Below are positions 43,120 through 53,702 of a DNA stretch of 64,000 bases, one piece after another (the first letter of the stretch is position 1; every line of letters starts with the position of its first letter). The position numbers were made by a program, and so were the translations under genes. Source of the stretch: Rhodothermales bacterium (lineage in GTDB: Bacteria; Bacteroidota; Rhodothermia; Rhodothermales; Bin80); the NCBI GenBank assembly GCA_965207385.1, contig CBDBLZ010000021.1, positions 641,205 through 705,204 of the forward strand, written 5' to 3'. The notes under the pieces were generated by a model, which made no database searches, was not told where the DNA came from, and saw nothing but the letters and a program-made list of their open reading frames with translations.

Positions 43120-44247
43120 GGCCTGGGCCGCCGGAGTCCTGGAGGTTTCCCTTCCGAATGCCATTGCCGCATACGACCACTCGGCGGTAGCAGACCAGCG
43201 GTTGGACAGGTCGCGCCAGGCCAGGTAGTCCCCAAGGATCGCAGCATACATCGGATCTACGGCGGGCTCCCGGACAAGCTGCTCGGAGATTTCGGCCGCG
43301 GCGGCCATGATGTCTTCAGGAAACACGCGGAAACGGGTTCCGCTCGCAAGTAGCCTGTCATATGCCGGAGGATTCAGGGCATCGTAGCGCGCCAGCATGT
43401 CAAGGCTTGCTTCCTTGGCCGCCACGTCCAGCGCTTGCTGGTAGTGGACAGGAAGCTCGCGCCAGGCCGCTTCGTTGATATAGAACGACAGGTTGGCGCC
43501 CGGCTCCCACCAGCCCGGATAGTAGTAGTTGGAAGCGACCTCGGCGAAGCCAAGCTTTTCGTCATCGTAGGGGCCGACCCATTCGGCCGCGTCGATCGTG
43601 CCGCGGTCCAGTGCCGGATAAATCTCACCGCCGGGAATCTGCTGTACAGTGACGTCCAGCGCTTCCATTACGCGTCCTCCCAGCCCCGGAATTCGCATGC
43701 GAAGGCCCTTCAGGTCCGCCATGGATCGAAGCTCCCGCTTGAACCACCCACCCATCTGTACACCTGTGTTGCCGCCTGGAAAGTTCAGCACCCCGAAATC
43801 AGCCAGAACTCGGCGCGTCAGATCAAGGCCATTGCCATGGTACATCCACGCATTGAATTGCCGCGCCGAAAGGCCAAAAGGCACCGTGCAGTCAAATACC
43901 AGGGCCGGATTCTTGCCCAGGTAATAGTAGCTCGCCGTGTGCCCTAGCTGGATCGTGGCCTTCTGGACCGAGTCCAGCACGGAGAATGCCGGGACGAGCT
44001 CGCCGCCCGGGAAGATCTGGATCTCGAATCTACCCTCGGTAAGCGAGCTGACACGGCTGGCCAGAACTTCCGCGCCCCTGAAAATCGTGTCCAGTGACCG
44101 TGAAAAGCTCGATGCCAGCCGCCACCGCAACCTGGGCCCGCCCGTTTGGACGGCTGGAGCCTCGGTTGCAGCGCCGCCACAGGATGCGAGCACCAGGCCG
44201 GCGGATGCTCCCGCAGCGGCTTTTCGGACAAAATTTCGGCGCTTCAT
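43114..44247 (-). CDS. TRAP transporter substrate-binding protein (DctP family)
   Basis: Leader ending LVLASCGG; RLTEGRFEIQIFPGGELVPAFSVLDSVQKATIQLGHTASYYYLGKNPALVFDCTVPFG...GMQMG-type GNTGVQMGGWFKRELRSMADLKGLRMRIPGLGGRVM. Confidence 0.92.
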   Translation of the reverse strand: MKRRNFVRKAAAGASAGLVLASCGGAATEAPAVQTGGPRLRWRLASSFSRSLDTIFRGAEVLASRVSSLTEGRFEIQIFPGGELVPAFSVLDSVQKATIQLGHTASYYYLGKNPALVFDCTVPFGLSARQFNAWMYHGNGLDLTRRVLADFGVLNFPGGNTGVQMGGWFKRELRSMADLKGLRMRIPGLGGRVMEALDVTVQQIPGGEIYPALDRGTIDAAEWVGPYDDEKLGFAEVASNYYYPGWWEPGANLSFYINEAAWRELPVHYQQALDVAAKEASLDMLARYDALNPPAYDRLLASGTRFRVFPEDIMAAAAEISEQLVREPAVDPMYAAILGDYLAWRDLSNRWSATAEWSYAAMAFGRETSRTPAAQAS

Positions 44248-44288
44248 GGATCGCCTTGGTAGCGTCTAGGGTGTGCCATCGCCGCGGC

Positions 44289-45014
44289 CTAGCCTTTCGG
44301 GCGCAGTGGCCGCATGACGACTTCGGAAATCAGGTAGTTCGGGGATGCCTCCAGGACGTGCACCACGGTGGAGGCGATGTCGTCGGGGTGCATAGGATTG
44401 GGCGCCCCTTTTGAGCCGGCTCTTCTGCCAAATTCCGTGGCAACGGACCCGGGACATACGCACGTCACCTTGATGCCATGGGCGCGAACTTCTTTCATCA
44501 AGGCCTCGCTGAAGCCGCGCAGCCCGAACTTGGTGGCGTTGTACGCGCTCAGGTTCGGATTGCCGACGAGACCGGCAATGGATGCAATGTTGACGATATG
44601 ACCGCCGAAGCCATGCCGGACATTCTGGGCTTTCATGAGAGGAACGGCTAGGCGGGTACAAAGGAAGACGCCGGTAAGGTTGGTTTCGACCTGCGCTGCC
44701 CAGTCGCCTGGCTGTAATTCGTCGACTGCTCCGAATCTCCCGACGCCTGCGTTGTTGAGCAGGACATCGAGCCGGCCCTCATCCGCGCTCACGGCATCGA
44801 ACGCGGCACGGACTTCGCCTTCAACCGTCACGTCGCATTGCAGCGGAACAAATGCTGCACCAAGCTGCGCCCTTGCACGATCGAGCGCGGGCATACTTCG
44901 CGCCAGGCCGAATATCCGGGCACCCCGAGCGGCTATCCGGTGCGCGAAAGCCAGGCCAAGGCCTTCGGTTGCTCCGGTGATGACAACTATCTTTCCTTTC
45001 AGATCCATTGCTGT
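44289..45014 (-). CDS. Short-chain dehydrogenase/reductase
   Basis: GKIVVITGATEGLGLAFAHRIAARGARI...LDVLLNNAGVG...IVNIASIAGLVGNPNLSAYNATKFGLRGFSEAL. Confidence 0.92.
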   Translation of the reverse strand, partial: TAMDLKGKIVVITGATEGLGLAFAHRIAARGARIFGLARSMPALDRARAQLGAAFVPLQCDVTVEGEVRAAFDAVSADEGRLDVLLNNAGVGRFGAVDELQPGDWAAQVETNLTGVFLCTRLAVPLMKAQNVRHGFGGHIVNIASIAGLVGNPNLSAYNATKFGLRGFSEALMKEVRAHGIKVTCVCPGSVATEFGRRAGSKGAPNPMHPDDIASTVVHVLEASPNYLISEVVMRPLRPKG

Positions 45015-45244
45015 TCCATGACGAATAGGCATTATACTGGATTGCGGGTTCGCTGTTTTGGACGTGATCGAAAGTGGTTCTCAACAGTGGCTCGGCCGCG
45101 CATGGCAGGCCGAGTGGCTGGCACATCACGGCCTGGCGTGGGATCTTCTTCCTCCCCGGGGCGCGAACGGGCTGTGGGGGACGCTGCCTGGCCAGGTAGC
45201 TGCTACCCACATTCCGGCGGGCCACGCTGAGCTTCTGTAAGGAC

Positions 45245-46441
45245 ATGCATCCAGAGAACCCCTACCTGCCTAAGCACATCGCCTGGACGAGCGATACGCC
45301 GCTCGGCTTGGTCGTTGAGCGGGCGGATGGTCCTTTCATAGAGCTGGTGGACGGCCGGCGGCTCATCGACTTTGTCAGCGGCATCGCAGTCTCATCACTC
45401 GGACATCGTCATCCTCGCGTACTCGAAGCGGTGCGCACTCAGCTTGACCGGCACCTGCATGTAATGGTGTATGGAGAGTTCGTGCAGAGGCCGCAAGTGG
45501 AATACGCACAGCTGCTTTGCGCGCAGCTTCCGCGTACGCTGCAGTCCGTGTACTTTACAATGACGGGGACGGAGGCCAACGAGGGGGCTCTCAAGGTCGC
45601 AAAGAAGTTCACGGGCCGCACCAAGCTCATCGCTTTCAGCAATTCCTTTCACGGTGACACGCACGGGAGTCTGAGTGTCTCGGGGAGAACCGTTTACCGA
45701 AAACCCTTCTTGCCGCTACTGCCCAACGTAGAATTCCTGCCATTCGATGACGAGGACGCGCTGCGTTTGATCGACGACGAGGCGGCCTGTGTTATCGCCG
45801 AGCCCGTCCAGGGAGAAGGGGGCATGCGGGTACCCGCGGAGTCATGGTTGCTAAAGCTCCGGAAACGGTGTACGGAGGCCGGCGTCCTGCTCATCTTTGA
45901 CGAGATCCAGACAGGATTCGCTCGCACTGGAATGCTCTTCGCCTTCGAGCACACCGGCGTCGTACCGGATATTCTTACCCTTGCCAAGGCAATGGCGGGA
46001 GGTATGCCGCTCGGTGCCTTCGTAGCCAGCTCCGAAATTATGGATACCTTGCGTCGCGATCCCCCGCTGAGCCACGTCACGACCTTTGGCGGACATCCCG
46101 TCTCGTGTGCAGCTGCGCTTGCGACGCTGCGCGTGATACTGGAGGATGGCCTGGCCGCAAGAGCGCGGACCATCGAAGATCGCGTGCGTCAGAGGCTTCG
46201 TCACCCGCTCATTCGTGACCTGCGCGGAAGGGGAGCCATGCTTGGCATGGAACTGCCGGATGCCGCCTTGACCATGAAAGTGGTTCGTCGCTGCCTGGAC
46301 GCCGGCTTGCTGCTGGGGTGGACGCTGCATGCCGGGTCCCTTGTTCGCCTGGCTCCTCCGCTCAATATACCGGAAGACGTGCTGGACGAGGCGCTGGAGA
46401 TTCTGATGGAGTCTCTGGAGGAGAAAGAGCTCCTGCTATGA
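45245..46441 (+). CDS. Class-III aminotransferase (acetylornithine/succinylornithine aminotransferase-like)
   Basis: RRLIDFVSGIAVSSLGHRHPRVLEAV...FTMTGTEANEGALKVAKKFTGRTKLIAFSNSFHGDTHGSLSVSG...LIFDEIQTGFARTGMLFAFEH...DILTLAKAMAGGMPLGAFV. Confidence 0.92.
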   Translation: MHPENPYLPKHIAWTSDTPLGLVVERADGPFIELVDGRRLIDFVSGIAVSSLGHRHPRVLEAVRTQLDRHLHVMVYGEFVQRPQVEYAQLLCAQLPRTLQSVYFTMTGTEANEGALKVAKKFTGRTKLIAFSNSFHGDTHGSLSVSGRTVYRKPFLPLLPNVEFLPFDDEDALRLIDDEAACVIAEPVQGEGGMRVPAESWLLKLRKRCTEAGVLLIFDEIQTGFARTGMLFAFEHTGVVPDILTLAKAMAGGMPLGAFVASSEIMDTLRRDPPLSHVTTFGGHPVSCAAALATLRVILEDGLAARARTIEDRVRQRLRHPLIRDLRGRGAMLGMELPDAALTMKVVRRCLDAGLLLGWTLHAGSLVRLAPPLNIPEDVLDEALEILMESLEEKELLL

Positions 46442-46449
46442 AACCGGAG

Positions 46450-47955
46450 TCAATCCGTGGCAGGTCCGACGGGAGACTGTCCAATGCCTGACCTCGGTGG
46501 CGGCTTGAGGGCGCCTCTTACGTGGGACGCGTATGCCTCCAATGCGCGTTTTCGTGCGTAGGAATGCTCAACCACGGGATAGGGATACTCGCGGCCAAGA
46601 ACCACTCCTGCACGCTGCAGCGCGGACGCTGGCGCGATCCACGGTGCGTGAATGTGGGCATCGGGCAGTCCTGCAATCTCCGGGACCCACTTCCGCAGGT
46701 ACGCGCCCTGGGGATCGTAGCGCCGGGACTGCAGGACAGGATTAAAGACGCGAAAATAGGGCACGGCGTCGACTCCGGTACCTGCAGACCATTGCCATCC
46801 CGCGCAATTGTTTGCCGTGTCCGCATCCACGAGATGGCTACTGAACCAGGCTGCGCCAATCCTCCAGTCTGTGAGCAGGTGCTTGGTCAGAAACGACGCA
46901 ACCACCATGCGCGCACGGTTGTGCATCCAGCCGGTGGCCAGCAGCTCGCGCATGCCCGCGTCCACAAGAGGGTAACCGGTGGTGCCGTACCTCCAGCAAT
47001 CCAGCTCGGCGGCATTTGCGCGCCAGGGCATCCGGTCAAATGATGTGCGCAGGTTGTCGGTGCCCAGCTGCGGGTTGTAGTGCAACAGGTGCCTGCAGAA
47101 TTCGCGCCACATCAGTTGCCGAAAAAACGCGGTCTCGCCGCCTTCGGACTCAAGATTCGCCAGCGCGCTGGATACTTGCCTTGGGCCTATTTCACCAAAG
47201 TGCAGGTGAGGCGAAAGGCGGCTGGTTCCTCCAAGGCCCGGATAGTTCCGATCCTGTGCGTAACCTGCGATCGCCTGCTGGACAAACGCAGTGAAGCGAT
47301 CGTATGCGGCTGGCTCTCCCGGGTGCCATGCCGCGGCATAGTCCCGCGCCCCTGATCGCAGCTGCCAGGAGTGCAGCGATTCGCTCGCGGGCCAGGTTTC
47401 TGGCGGTGTCAATTCCCCTGGCGTGCTCAGAGGCGCATCAATCTTGCGCTCCCGGCACTGGCGCCAGAACGCCGCAAACACCTGATATGGCTTGCCCGAA
47501 GGCGTCGACACATCCCACGGTTCCACCAGCGCGCTGGCATTGAATGGCATCGCTTCGCAGCGCAGTTCCCGGCAGAGGGCCTTGACGTTTGCATCCGCCT
47601 CCAGCAGCTGCGGTTCGTAGCGGCGGTTCCAGGAAACGGCAGCGGCCTGCGTTTCCTCTATGAGAGCGGGGAGGATACTCCTGACCCGTCCCCGTCTAAA
47701 GGTCAGCCTGCTTCCCATTCGCGCCAGGTCCGCAGCCAGCGACTCCAGACTGCCGTGAAGCCACCAGCGCGAAGCGGACTGTTCCGGCGGATCATCTGTG
47801 GTCTCGTCCAGAATGTAGATCGGCAATACAGGGCCTCTACTTCGGGCGGCCCAGTCGAGCGCAGGATTGTCGGCCAGACGCAGATCGCGTCGGAACCAAA
47901 CCAGGACGGGGCTTCCAGGCTCAGTTCGCCCGGACCGCACGTCTAGCGCCGGCAT
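46450..47955 (-). CDS. Deoxyribodipyrimidine photolyase / cryptochrome
   Basis: VLVWFRRDLRLADNPALDWAA...GLGGTSRLSPHLHFGEIGPRQV...ELDCWRYGTTGYPLVDAGMRELLATGWMHNRARMVVASFLTKHLLTDWRIGAAWF...ADTANNCAGWQWSAGTG. Confidence 0.94.
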   Translation of the reverse strand: MPALDVRSGRTEPGSPVLVWFRRDLRLADNPALDWAARSRGPVLPIYILDETTDDPPEQSASRWWLHGSLESLAADLARMGSRLTFRRGRVRSILPALIEETQAAAVSWNRRYEPQLLEADANVKALCRELRCEAMPFNASALVEPWDVSTPSGKPYQVFAAFWRQCRERKIDAPLSTPGELTPPETWPASESLHSWQLRSGARDYAAAWHPGEPAAYDRFTAFVQQAIAGYAQDRNYPGLGGTSRLSPHLHFGEIGPRQVSSALANLESEGGETAFFRQLMWREFCRHLLHYNPQLGTDNLRTSFDRMPWRANAAELDCWRYGTTGYPLVDAGMRELLATGWMHNRARMVVASFLTKHLLTDWRIGAAWFSSHLVDADTANNCAGWQWSAGTGVDAVPYFRVFNPVLQSRRYDPQGAYLRKWVPEIAGLPDAHIHAPWIAPASALQRAGVVLGREYPYPVVEHSYARKRALEAYASHVRGALKPPPRSGIGQSPVGPATD

Positions 47956-48095
47956 TTTATGTTCCAGTCTGCGTGGCGTCTCGTACTGCTATTCCTGCGC
48001 AGCGGCCGGGGCCGTAGTGCGAGCGGTGGCCTCAGCGATGGACGGTCAAATGAGCGCTGCCTGGGCTTTAGGCGACGGCAACGCTGCGGTTCGCG

Positions 48096-48180
48096 CGGAG
48101 GGGGAGGGATTCGAACCCCCGGTACCTTTCGGCACGCTGGTTTTCAAGACCAGTGCATTCGACCGCTCTGCCACCCCTCC
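48096..48180 (-). tRNA. tRNA-Ser, anticodon UGA
   Basis: Minus strand GGAGGGGUGGCAGAGCGGUCGAAUGCACUGGUCUUGAAAACCAGCGUGCCGAAAGGUACCGGGGGUUCGAAUCCCUCCCCCUCCG; long variable arm, CUUGAAA anticodon loop. Confidence 0.95.
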
Positions 48181-48207
48181 GACAGTGGCGTGCGATTCCT
48201 GCGTCGG

Positions 48208-48295
48208 CGGAGAGGGTGGGATTCGAACCCACGATGAGCTTTTGACCCATACTCCCTTAGCAGGGGAGCGCCTTCAGCCGCTCGGCCACCTCTCC
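48208..48295 (-). tRNA. tRNA-Ser, anticodon GCU
   Basis: Minus strand GGAGAGGUGGCCGAGCGGCUGAAGGCGCUCCCCUGCUAAGGGAGUAUGGGUCAAAAGCUCAUCGUGGGUUCGAAUCCCACCCUCUCCG; anticodon loop CUGCUAA. Confidence 0.95.
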
Positions 48296-48346
48296 GAAGT
48301 TCGGACGTGTCCCGCAAACCAATCGAGCCGAAGTACCCGAAGAAGC

Positions 48347-49261
48347 CTAGCCCTGTTCCAGGGCGTTGGCTCCACTGATGATTTCCAGTATTTCGGTGGT
48401 GATGGCACTTTGGCGCGCACGATTGTATTGCAGGGTCAGAGTGCGCAGCAATTCGCTGGCATTGGAGGTGGCATTGTCCATGGCCACCATCCGCGCACCC
48501 TGCTCCGCAGCGTTGGATTCCAGGAGTGCCCGCCAAATAGCATAGTTCAAGTATCGCGGCACGAGGACATCCAGAATGGTTTGCGAATCGGGCTCAAACA
48601 GGTAATCCGCTACATAGCGATCCTTCAGCTCAGGTTGTTCAACGCCTTCGCTTTCCATGACCGGTGTCAGAAAGTGCTCGGGCGGAATGGGAAGCAGCGG
48701 CTCGACGATGCGATTCTGCGCTATCGTATTCCTGAACTCATTGTACACAAGACAAACCTCGTCCCATCTTCCTGATCCGAAGCCCCCGACAGCAGCTTCC
48801 CCTACGCTTTGTGCGGTATCGAACGTCAGATCCCGAAAGATGCCGCGGTAATCGCCAACGAGCGCATAACCACGCTTCTGGAAATGCTCGTGACCCTTGC
48901 GGCCGGCTGCCAATACTAGGGGGCGCTTGGCCTTATGCTGGTCGAGGTACTGTTCCGCAGTCTTGATAATGTTGCTGTTGAAAGCTCCCGCCAGGCCCCG
49001 GTCACCCGTTATCACGATCAGCAGCACAGCATCTACTTGCGGTCGCTCCACAAACAGCGGATGCGCAGCCGGGGTCACCTTTCCCTGTGACTTTAGGTGA
49101 CCAATTATTTCACCAATCTTGAAAGCGTAGGGTCGGGTCTTGAAAATGTTCTCCTGCGCGCGGCGCAGCTTGGCGGCCGCCACCATCTTCATGGCACGCG
49201 TTACCTGTCGGGTATTCTCTACCGAGCTGATGCGAATGCGGATGTCGCGCAGCGTTGCCAT
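48347..49261 (-). CDS. atpG: F0F1 ATP synthase subunit gamma
   Basis: MATLRDIRIRISSVENTRQVTRAMKMVAAAKLRRAQ...ITGDRGLAGAFNSNI...MDNATSNASELLRTLTLQYNRARQSAITTEILEIISGANAL. Confidence 0.96.
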   Translation of the reverse strand: MATLRDIRIRISSVENTRQVTRAMKMVAAAKLRRAQENIFKTRPYAFKIGEIIGHLKSQGKVTPAAHPLFVERPQVDAVLLIVITGDRGLAGAFNSNIIKTAEQYLDQHKAKRPLVLAAGRKGHEHFQKRGYALVGDYRGIFRDLTFDTAQSVGEAAVGGFGSGRWDEVCLVYNEFRNTIAQNRIVEPLLPIPPEHFLTPVMESEGVEQPELKDRYVADYLFEPDSQTILDVLVPRYLNYAIWRALLESNAAEQGARMVAMDNATSNASELLRTLTLQYNRARQSAITTEILEIISGANALEQG

Positions 49262-49263
49262 GC

Positions 49264-50856
49264 CTAGCGCGCGGCGTACAGTTCGGCCAACCGTTCCGCT
49301 TCTTCCCGGAATGCAGCCTTGACTTCCTCGCTCAGCATGCCGGTATCCCGAATGCTCGCCAGGGCTTCCGGCTTGCGACTTCGGAGATTCTCCAGAAACT
49401 CGCGCTCGAACCTGCCCACGTCCGACACCTCAATGGTGTCCAGAAGGCCTTCGCTGCCCACCGATATGGCAGCGATTTGCTCTTCAACAGGCACCGGCGC
49501 GAATTGGCCCTGCTTGAGAATCTCAACCAGTCTCTGGCCGCGTCGGATCTGCCGCTGGGTTGCCGGATCGAGATCGGAGCCAAACTTTGCAAACGCCTCC
49601 AGGGCGCGGTATTGGGCCAGATCGAGTCGCAGCATGCCGGCGGCTTGCTTCATCGCCTTGATTTGTGCATTGCCCCCGACGCGGCTGACCGAAATCCCAA
49701 CATTGATGGCCGGTCGCACACCGGCATTGAACAGGTCCGGTTCGAGGTAGATTTGCCCATCCGTAATGGAGATGACATTGGTAGGGATATAGGCATCAAC
49801 AGCGCCGGCCTGCGTTTCAATCACCGGAAGTGCCGTCAGGGAGCCTCCTCCCTTTACCTTGCCCTGCAATGAAGGGGGCAAGTCGTTCATCTGACGGGCT
49901 ATATCCTCGTTCGATGAAATCTTGGCAGCTCGCTCCAGGAGCCGACTGTGCAGGTAAAAGACGTCTCCGGGATATGCCTCTCGGCCGGGAGGCCGGCGCA
50001 GCAAGAGAGACACCTGCCGATAGGCGACGGCCTGCTTGGAAAGGTCGTCGTAAAGCACAAGGGCGTGGCGCCCGGTGTCGCGGAAGTACTCGCCTATGCA
50101 TGCCCCGGCAAAGGGTGCTATAAACTGCAGCGGGGCGGCCGTTGAAGCAGGCGCATTGACGATCACGGTGTAATCCATTGCGCCATAATCCTCCAGGGCC
50201 TTGGCAACCTGAGCGACCGTTGAGGCCTTCTGGCCTATGGCCACGTAGATGCAGAAAACCGGCTCGTCCGTATCGTGCGTGCTTGCTTGGCTGATGATGG
50301 CGTCTATCAGGACTGCCGTCTTGCCGGTCTGGCGATCGCCGATGACGAGTTCGCGCTGACCCCGCCCGATGGGAATCATGGAGTCGATGGCCTTGATGCC
50401 GGTAAGAAGCGGCTGCGAGACGGGTTCCCGGTAAATGACTCCGGGGGCCTTGCGCTCAAGCGGCATTTCGCACGTTTCTCCCGTTAGCGGGCCCTTGCCA
50501 TCGAGGGGCTCGCCCAGAGGGTTTATCACCCGTCCGAGCATGGCTTCACTTACCTGGATGGACGCGATACGCCGCGTGCGCCGCGCCTCATCACCTTCCT
50601 TGACGGCCTGCACATTGCCAAATAGAACGGCACCGACATTGTCCTCTTCCAGGTTCAGGACCATCCCCGAGACATTCCGTTCGGGGAAATGGATCAATTC
50701 GCCGGCCTGCACATGGGACAGGCCGTAAAGCCGCGCAATACCGTCACCCACCTGCAGTACTGTGCCCACTTCGTAGACATCCGCTTCAGGATGGAATGCG
50801 CGCAATTCGCGTCTCAGGACCGAGGTAACTTCGTCGGGTTGGATAGCTGTTGACAT
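49264..50856 (-). CDS. atpA: F0F1 ATP synthase subunit alpha
   Basis: [21 protein letters not shown]...[19 protein letters not shown]...[82 protein letters not shown]. Confidence 0.97.
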   Translation of the reverse strand: MSTAIQPDEVTSVLRRELRAFHPEADVYEVGTVLQVGDGIARLYGLSHVQAGELIHFPERNVSGMVLNLEEDNVGAVLFGNVQAVKEGDEARRTRRIASIQVSEAMLGRVINPLGEPLDGKGPLTGETCEMPLERKAPGVIYREPVSQPLLTGIKAIDSMIPIGRGQRELVIGDRQTGKTAVLIDAIISQASTHDTDEPVFCIYVAIGQKASTVAQVAKALEDYGAMDYTVIVNAPASTAAPLQFIAPFAGACIGEYFRDTGRHALVLYDDLSKQAVAYRQVSLLLRRPPGREAYPGDVFYLHSRLLERAAKISSNEDIARQMNDLPPSLQGKVKGGGSLTALPVIETQAGAVDAYIPTNVISITDGQIYLEPDLFNAGVRPAINVGISVSRVGGNAQIKAMKQAAGMLRLDLAQYRALEAFAKFGSDLDPATQRQIRRGQRLVEILKQGQFAPVPVEEQIAAISVGSEGLLDTIEVSDVGRFEREFLENLRSRKPEALASIRDTGMLSEEVKAAFREEAERLAELYAAR

Positions 50857-50863
50857 GGTCGCT

Positions 50864-51415
50864 CTAGTCTTGCAGTCCGGTTACCTGCGCCTGCGACATG
50901 CGGTTGCGCAGTCGTACCAGCTGGTGGCTCACGCTGCCATCGAATACTGTGTCGCCAATTCGTACCACCACGCCGCCCATCAGAGTGCTATCCGTCTGGA
51001 CCTCCAGGCGGATTCCGTGCCCCGTATGCTGCTCAAGGGCGGCAGTCAGGTCAGCCTTCTGGCGCTCGGACAAATCGAGGCACGAACGCACTTGCGCGGT
51101 CATTACGTCGGACTCGGCATCGCACAAGCTGGCATAGGCATGCGTCATGTCCGGCAGCTGGCTCTCTCGTCTTCGCTCAATTACCAGCCGAAGAAACTGC
51201 ATGGAAAGCGGGTGGAGCCGCTCGGCAAAAACAGCCCGGACAGCCGCAAGCTTGGCTTTACGTTCCAGGACAGGACTCCGCAGGCATGCCGCCAGTGCCG
51301 GTGACTGCTCCAGTGTTGACCCGATCAGGCGCATGTCGGTGCCAATGCGGGCCTCACCTGCAGCTTCCTCGTAGAGGGCTCTGGCATATCTCTTTACAAC
51401 GCTTTGCTCGCGCAT
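50864..51415 (-). CDS. atpH: F0F1 ATP synthase subunit delta
   Basis: [45 protein letters not shown]...[17 protein letters not shown]...[27 protein letters not shown]. Confidence 0.93.
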   Translation of the reverse strand: MREQSVVKRYARALYEEAAGEARIGTDMRLIGSTLEQSPALAACLRSPVLERKAKLAAVRAVFAERLHPLSMQFLRLVIERRRESQLPDMTHAYASLCDAESDVMTAQVRSCLDLSERQKADLTAALEQHTGHGIRLEVQTDSTLMGGVVVRIGDTVFDGSVSHQLVRLRNRMSQAQVTGLQD

Positions 51416-51430
51416 ACCGGATTCGCAGAA

Positions 51431-51940
51431 TCAATTGGAGCGAAGTTCGTCCAGAAAGGAATCCACGAGGCCGCGTTGCCGCGCCTTGTCGAGGTTGGTT
51501 CGAATGATACGCTCGGCCGCCTCTATGGCAAGGTTTGCCACTTCCTGTCGCAAGGCCTGAAGGGCCTGCTCTTTGCCGCGGCGGATATCATCCTGTGCTT
51601 GCGCGTGCAACTGACTTATTTCCTCCCGCGCGCGAAGCAGCTCATCGGCCTTCAGGCGTTCGACCTCCTCCCGCGTTGAGCGTAGCAGGCGCTGTGCCTC
51701 AAGCTCCGCTTCGCGGCGGATCCGCCTGTTATCCTCCTGTACCTTTCGACTCTCTTCCAGAGCCTTTTCCGCGCGGCTGATCGACTCGTCTATCTTCCTT
51801 TCGCGAGCCTCGAGAGCCTCTGTTATTGGTCCCCAGGCAAAGCGCCTAAGCAACCATAGCAGTATGAGAAAGACAACGGTCAGCCAGACTACGAGTCCCG
51901 GATTGGCGCTGAGCAGGCTTGCGGCGAAAAACACGGTCAC
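51431..51940 (-). CDS. atpF: F0F1 ATP synthase subunit b
   Basis: PGLVVWLTVVFLILLWLLRRFAWGPITEALEARERKIDESISRAEKALEESRKVQED...; position in operon. Confidence 0.94.
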   Translation of the reverse strand: MTVFFAASLLSANPGLVVWLTVVFLILLWLLRRFAWGPITEALEARERKIDESISRAEKALEESRKVQEDNRRIRREAELEAQRLLRSTREEVERLKADELLRAREEISQLHAQAQDDIRRGKEQALQALRQEVANLAIEAAERIIRTNLDKARQRGLVDSFLDELRSN

Positions 51941-51942
51941 GG

Positions 51943-52182
51943 TCAGGCCCCGCCGCTCTTGATTGTCAGGAGGAAGGTGATCACGAGGCCGAACAATGCC
52001 ACACCCTCGATCAGGGCGGCGGCAATGATCATGCTTTGCCGGATATCATCGGTAGCCTCAGGCTGCCGGGCCGTGCCTTCCATGGCCGGCCCTGCAAGTC
52101 GCCCGATTCCAATGCCTGTGCCGAGGGCGATCAGCCCGGCACCCAGGCCGGCTCCGAGCCATGCCAATGCAACGGATTCCAT
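51943..52182 (-). CDS. atpE: F0F1 ATP synthase subunit c
   Basis: MESVALAWLGAGLGAGLIALGTGIGIGRLAGPAMEGTARQPEATDDIRQSMIIAAALIEGVALFGLVITFLLT. Confidence 0.96.
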   Translation of the reverse strand: MESVALAWLGAGLGAGLIALGTGIGIGRLAGPAMEGTARQPEATDDIRQSMIIAAALIEGVALFGLVITFLLTIKSGGA

Positions 52183-52229
52183 AGTGATGGGGGGGTTTGA
52201 TGTTAGTGGACAGCGTGTGCGAAATAGCG

Positions 52230-53324
52230 CTAGGCGTGGGAGTGCTCCGGATGCGGATGCTCAGCGATAGCCATGCCGATAAACAGCGCCGAAAGAAACG
52301 TAAAGATGTAGGCCTGAATAAACGCGATCAGGATCTCCAGGAGATTCACAAATAGCGTAAACGCGATGCTTACGGGCGCAACTCCATAGCCTGCCAATGG
52401 GCCAAAGAGGTCCCCGAAGGTAAAAATCAGACCGATAAGGCTCAGGATTACCAAATGGCCCGCAGTCATGTTCGCAAACAGGCGGATGGCCAAGGCTATA
52501 GGCTTTGTGAACTGCCCCATGATCTCCGTGGGTATGAGCAAGAAACGGATAGGTACCGGGATGCCTGGCGGCCAGAAAATATGCCGCCAATGGTCTCGCG
52601 ACCCGTTAACCTGCGTCAGCACAAATGTGCACGTAGCAAGCACCGATGTCAGCATCAGATTTGATGTGGCGGTGGCGCCGAAAGGCACAAGCCCCAGGAG
52701 ATTGCAAGTCAGAATGAAGAAGAACACGGTCAGCAGGAAGGGCAAGAACGGCTTGTAGTCCTTCCCCAGCCCCGATTTGGCCACATTGTCCCGAATGAAG
52801 AGCACCAGGGTTTCGAACAGATTCTGGAACAAGCCGCGCGGTGCAGTCTCGCGCCCTATCCCTGCCTTGTAGATTTGCGCCAGATGCACAAACAGAAACA
52901 GGACGATAGACGCCCCCAGAATGGCGAATACGAGATGCTTCGTTACGGAGAAGTCTATGATAACTGCGCCCGAGGTTGCCAAAAGATGCGCATCCAGATG
53001 AGCGCCGGAGGCAATGAGATCTTCCGCGGCGTCGCCCAGGTGGCCAGCGGACTGGTCGTCCTGAGCGTGGCCATCGGCAGAAAAACTGCCGGACCGGAGC
53101 GCCGCTGCCGTGCTGAAATAGGCCTTCAGACCCAGTGAGCCATCTTCGCTTCGCACAAGGAAGATTCGCGGCAGTTCAAGCTTCGCGAACGGCTCAAAAT
53201 CGAGGTAGTAGGCATCGGCCGTATGGTGCAGTGGGTCGAACTCATCCTCGGCTGCGCCGGCGAGGCTGACGGGGAGCAGGACAGCGCAGAGAACGGCGAA
53301 CGACGCCTTATCCAGAATTCTCAT
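52230..53324 (-). CDS. atpB: F0F1 ATP synthase subunit a
   Basis: FLFFILTCNLLGLVPFGATATSNLMLT...GQFTKPIALAIRLFANMTAGHLVILSLIGLIF...EILIAFIQAYIFTFLSALFIGMA; long N-terminal extension. Probable start M15 of the listed ORF. Confidence 0.94.
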   Translation of the reverse strand: MRILDKASFAVLCAVLLPVSLAGAAEDEFDPLHHTADAYYLDFEPFAKLELPRIFLVRSEDGSLGLKAYFSTAAALRSGSFSADGHAQDDQSAGHLGDAAEDLIASGAHLDAHLLATSGAVIIDFSVTKHLVFAILGASIVLFLFVHLAQIYKAGIGRETAPRGLFQNLFETLVLFIRDNVAKSGLGKDYKPFLPFLLTVFFFILTCNLLGLVPFGATATSNLMLTSVLATCTFVLTQVNGSRDHWRHIFWPPGIPVPIRFLLIPTEIMGQFTKPIALAIRLFANMTAGHLVILSLIGLIFTFGDLFGPLAGYGVAPVSIAFTLFVNLLEILIAFIQAYIFTFLSALFIGMAIAEHPHPEHSHA

Positions 53325-53622
53325 TCTTGCGAACTGCGAGCCATCGGATTTCCAATCCGATACCAATTACCAGGAACACCAGAAAGGCGCTCAGAAATGG
53401 TATCCTTTGCACGGGCAACAAGAGGACAATGGCGGCAATTGCCCCGAGGGCGACCACCATGCGTCCGAGCATGCCTCCAAACACTAAGATCATAAACACG
53501 CGCTGGTTCTGATGCAGCGCTGACTTGGTCACCAACATGCTTGAGGCTACGTAAAGAAGACCCAAGGCACATCCGGCGCCTACGCTCCCCCACCACGTTG
53601 CAAGTCCCATCATGCGGGCCAA
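53308..53622 (-). CDS. AtpI-like membrane protein upstream of atpB
   Basis: Four hydrophobic segments (GLATWWGSVGAGCALGLLYVASSMLV..., VFGGMLGRMVVALGAIAAIVLLL...) and position between atpB and an AtpZ-like gene. Confidence 0.6.
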   Translation of the reverse strand: MARMMGLATWWGSVGAGCALGLLYVASSMLVTKSALHQNQRVFMILVFGGMLGRMVVALGAIAAIVLLLPVQRIPFLSAFLVFLVIGIGLEIRWLAVRKNENSG

Positions 53623-53702
53623 TCAAACACGCCAGCGCCAATCGGGAGCCGGCCCGGCCGACAATCAGGGGTGAATTCTATGTGAATGAAGCCGGGACGG
53701 GA

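Noticed and set aside
45058-45240. 60-aa ORF between the SDR gene and the aminotransferase gene
   Set aside because: TTG start only, no recognisable family; cannot be distinguished from chance.
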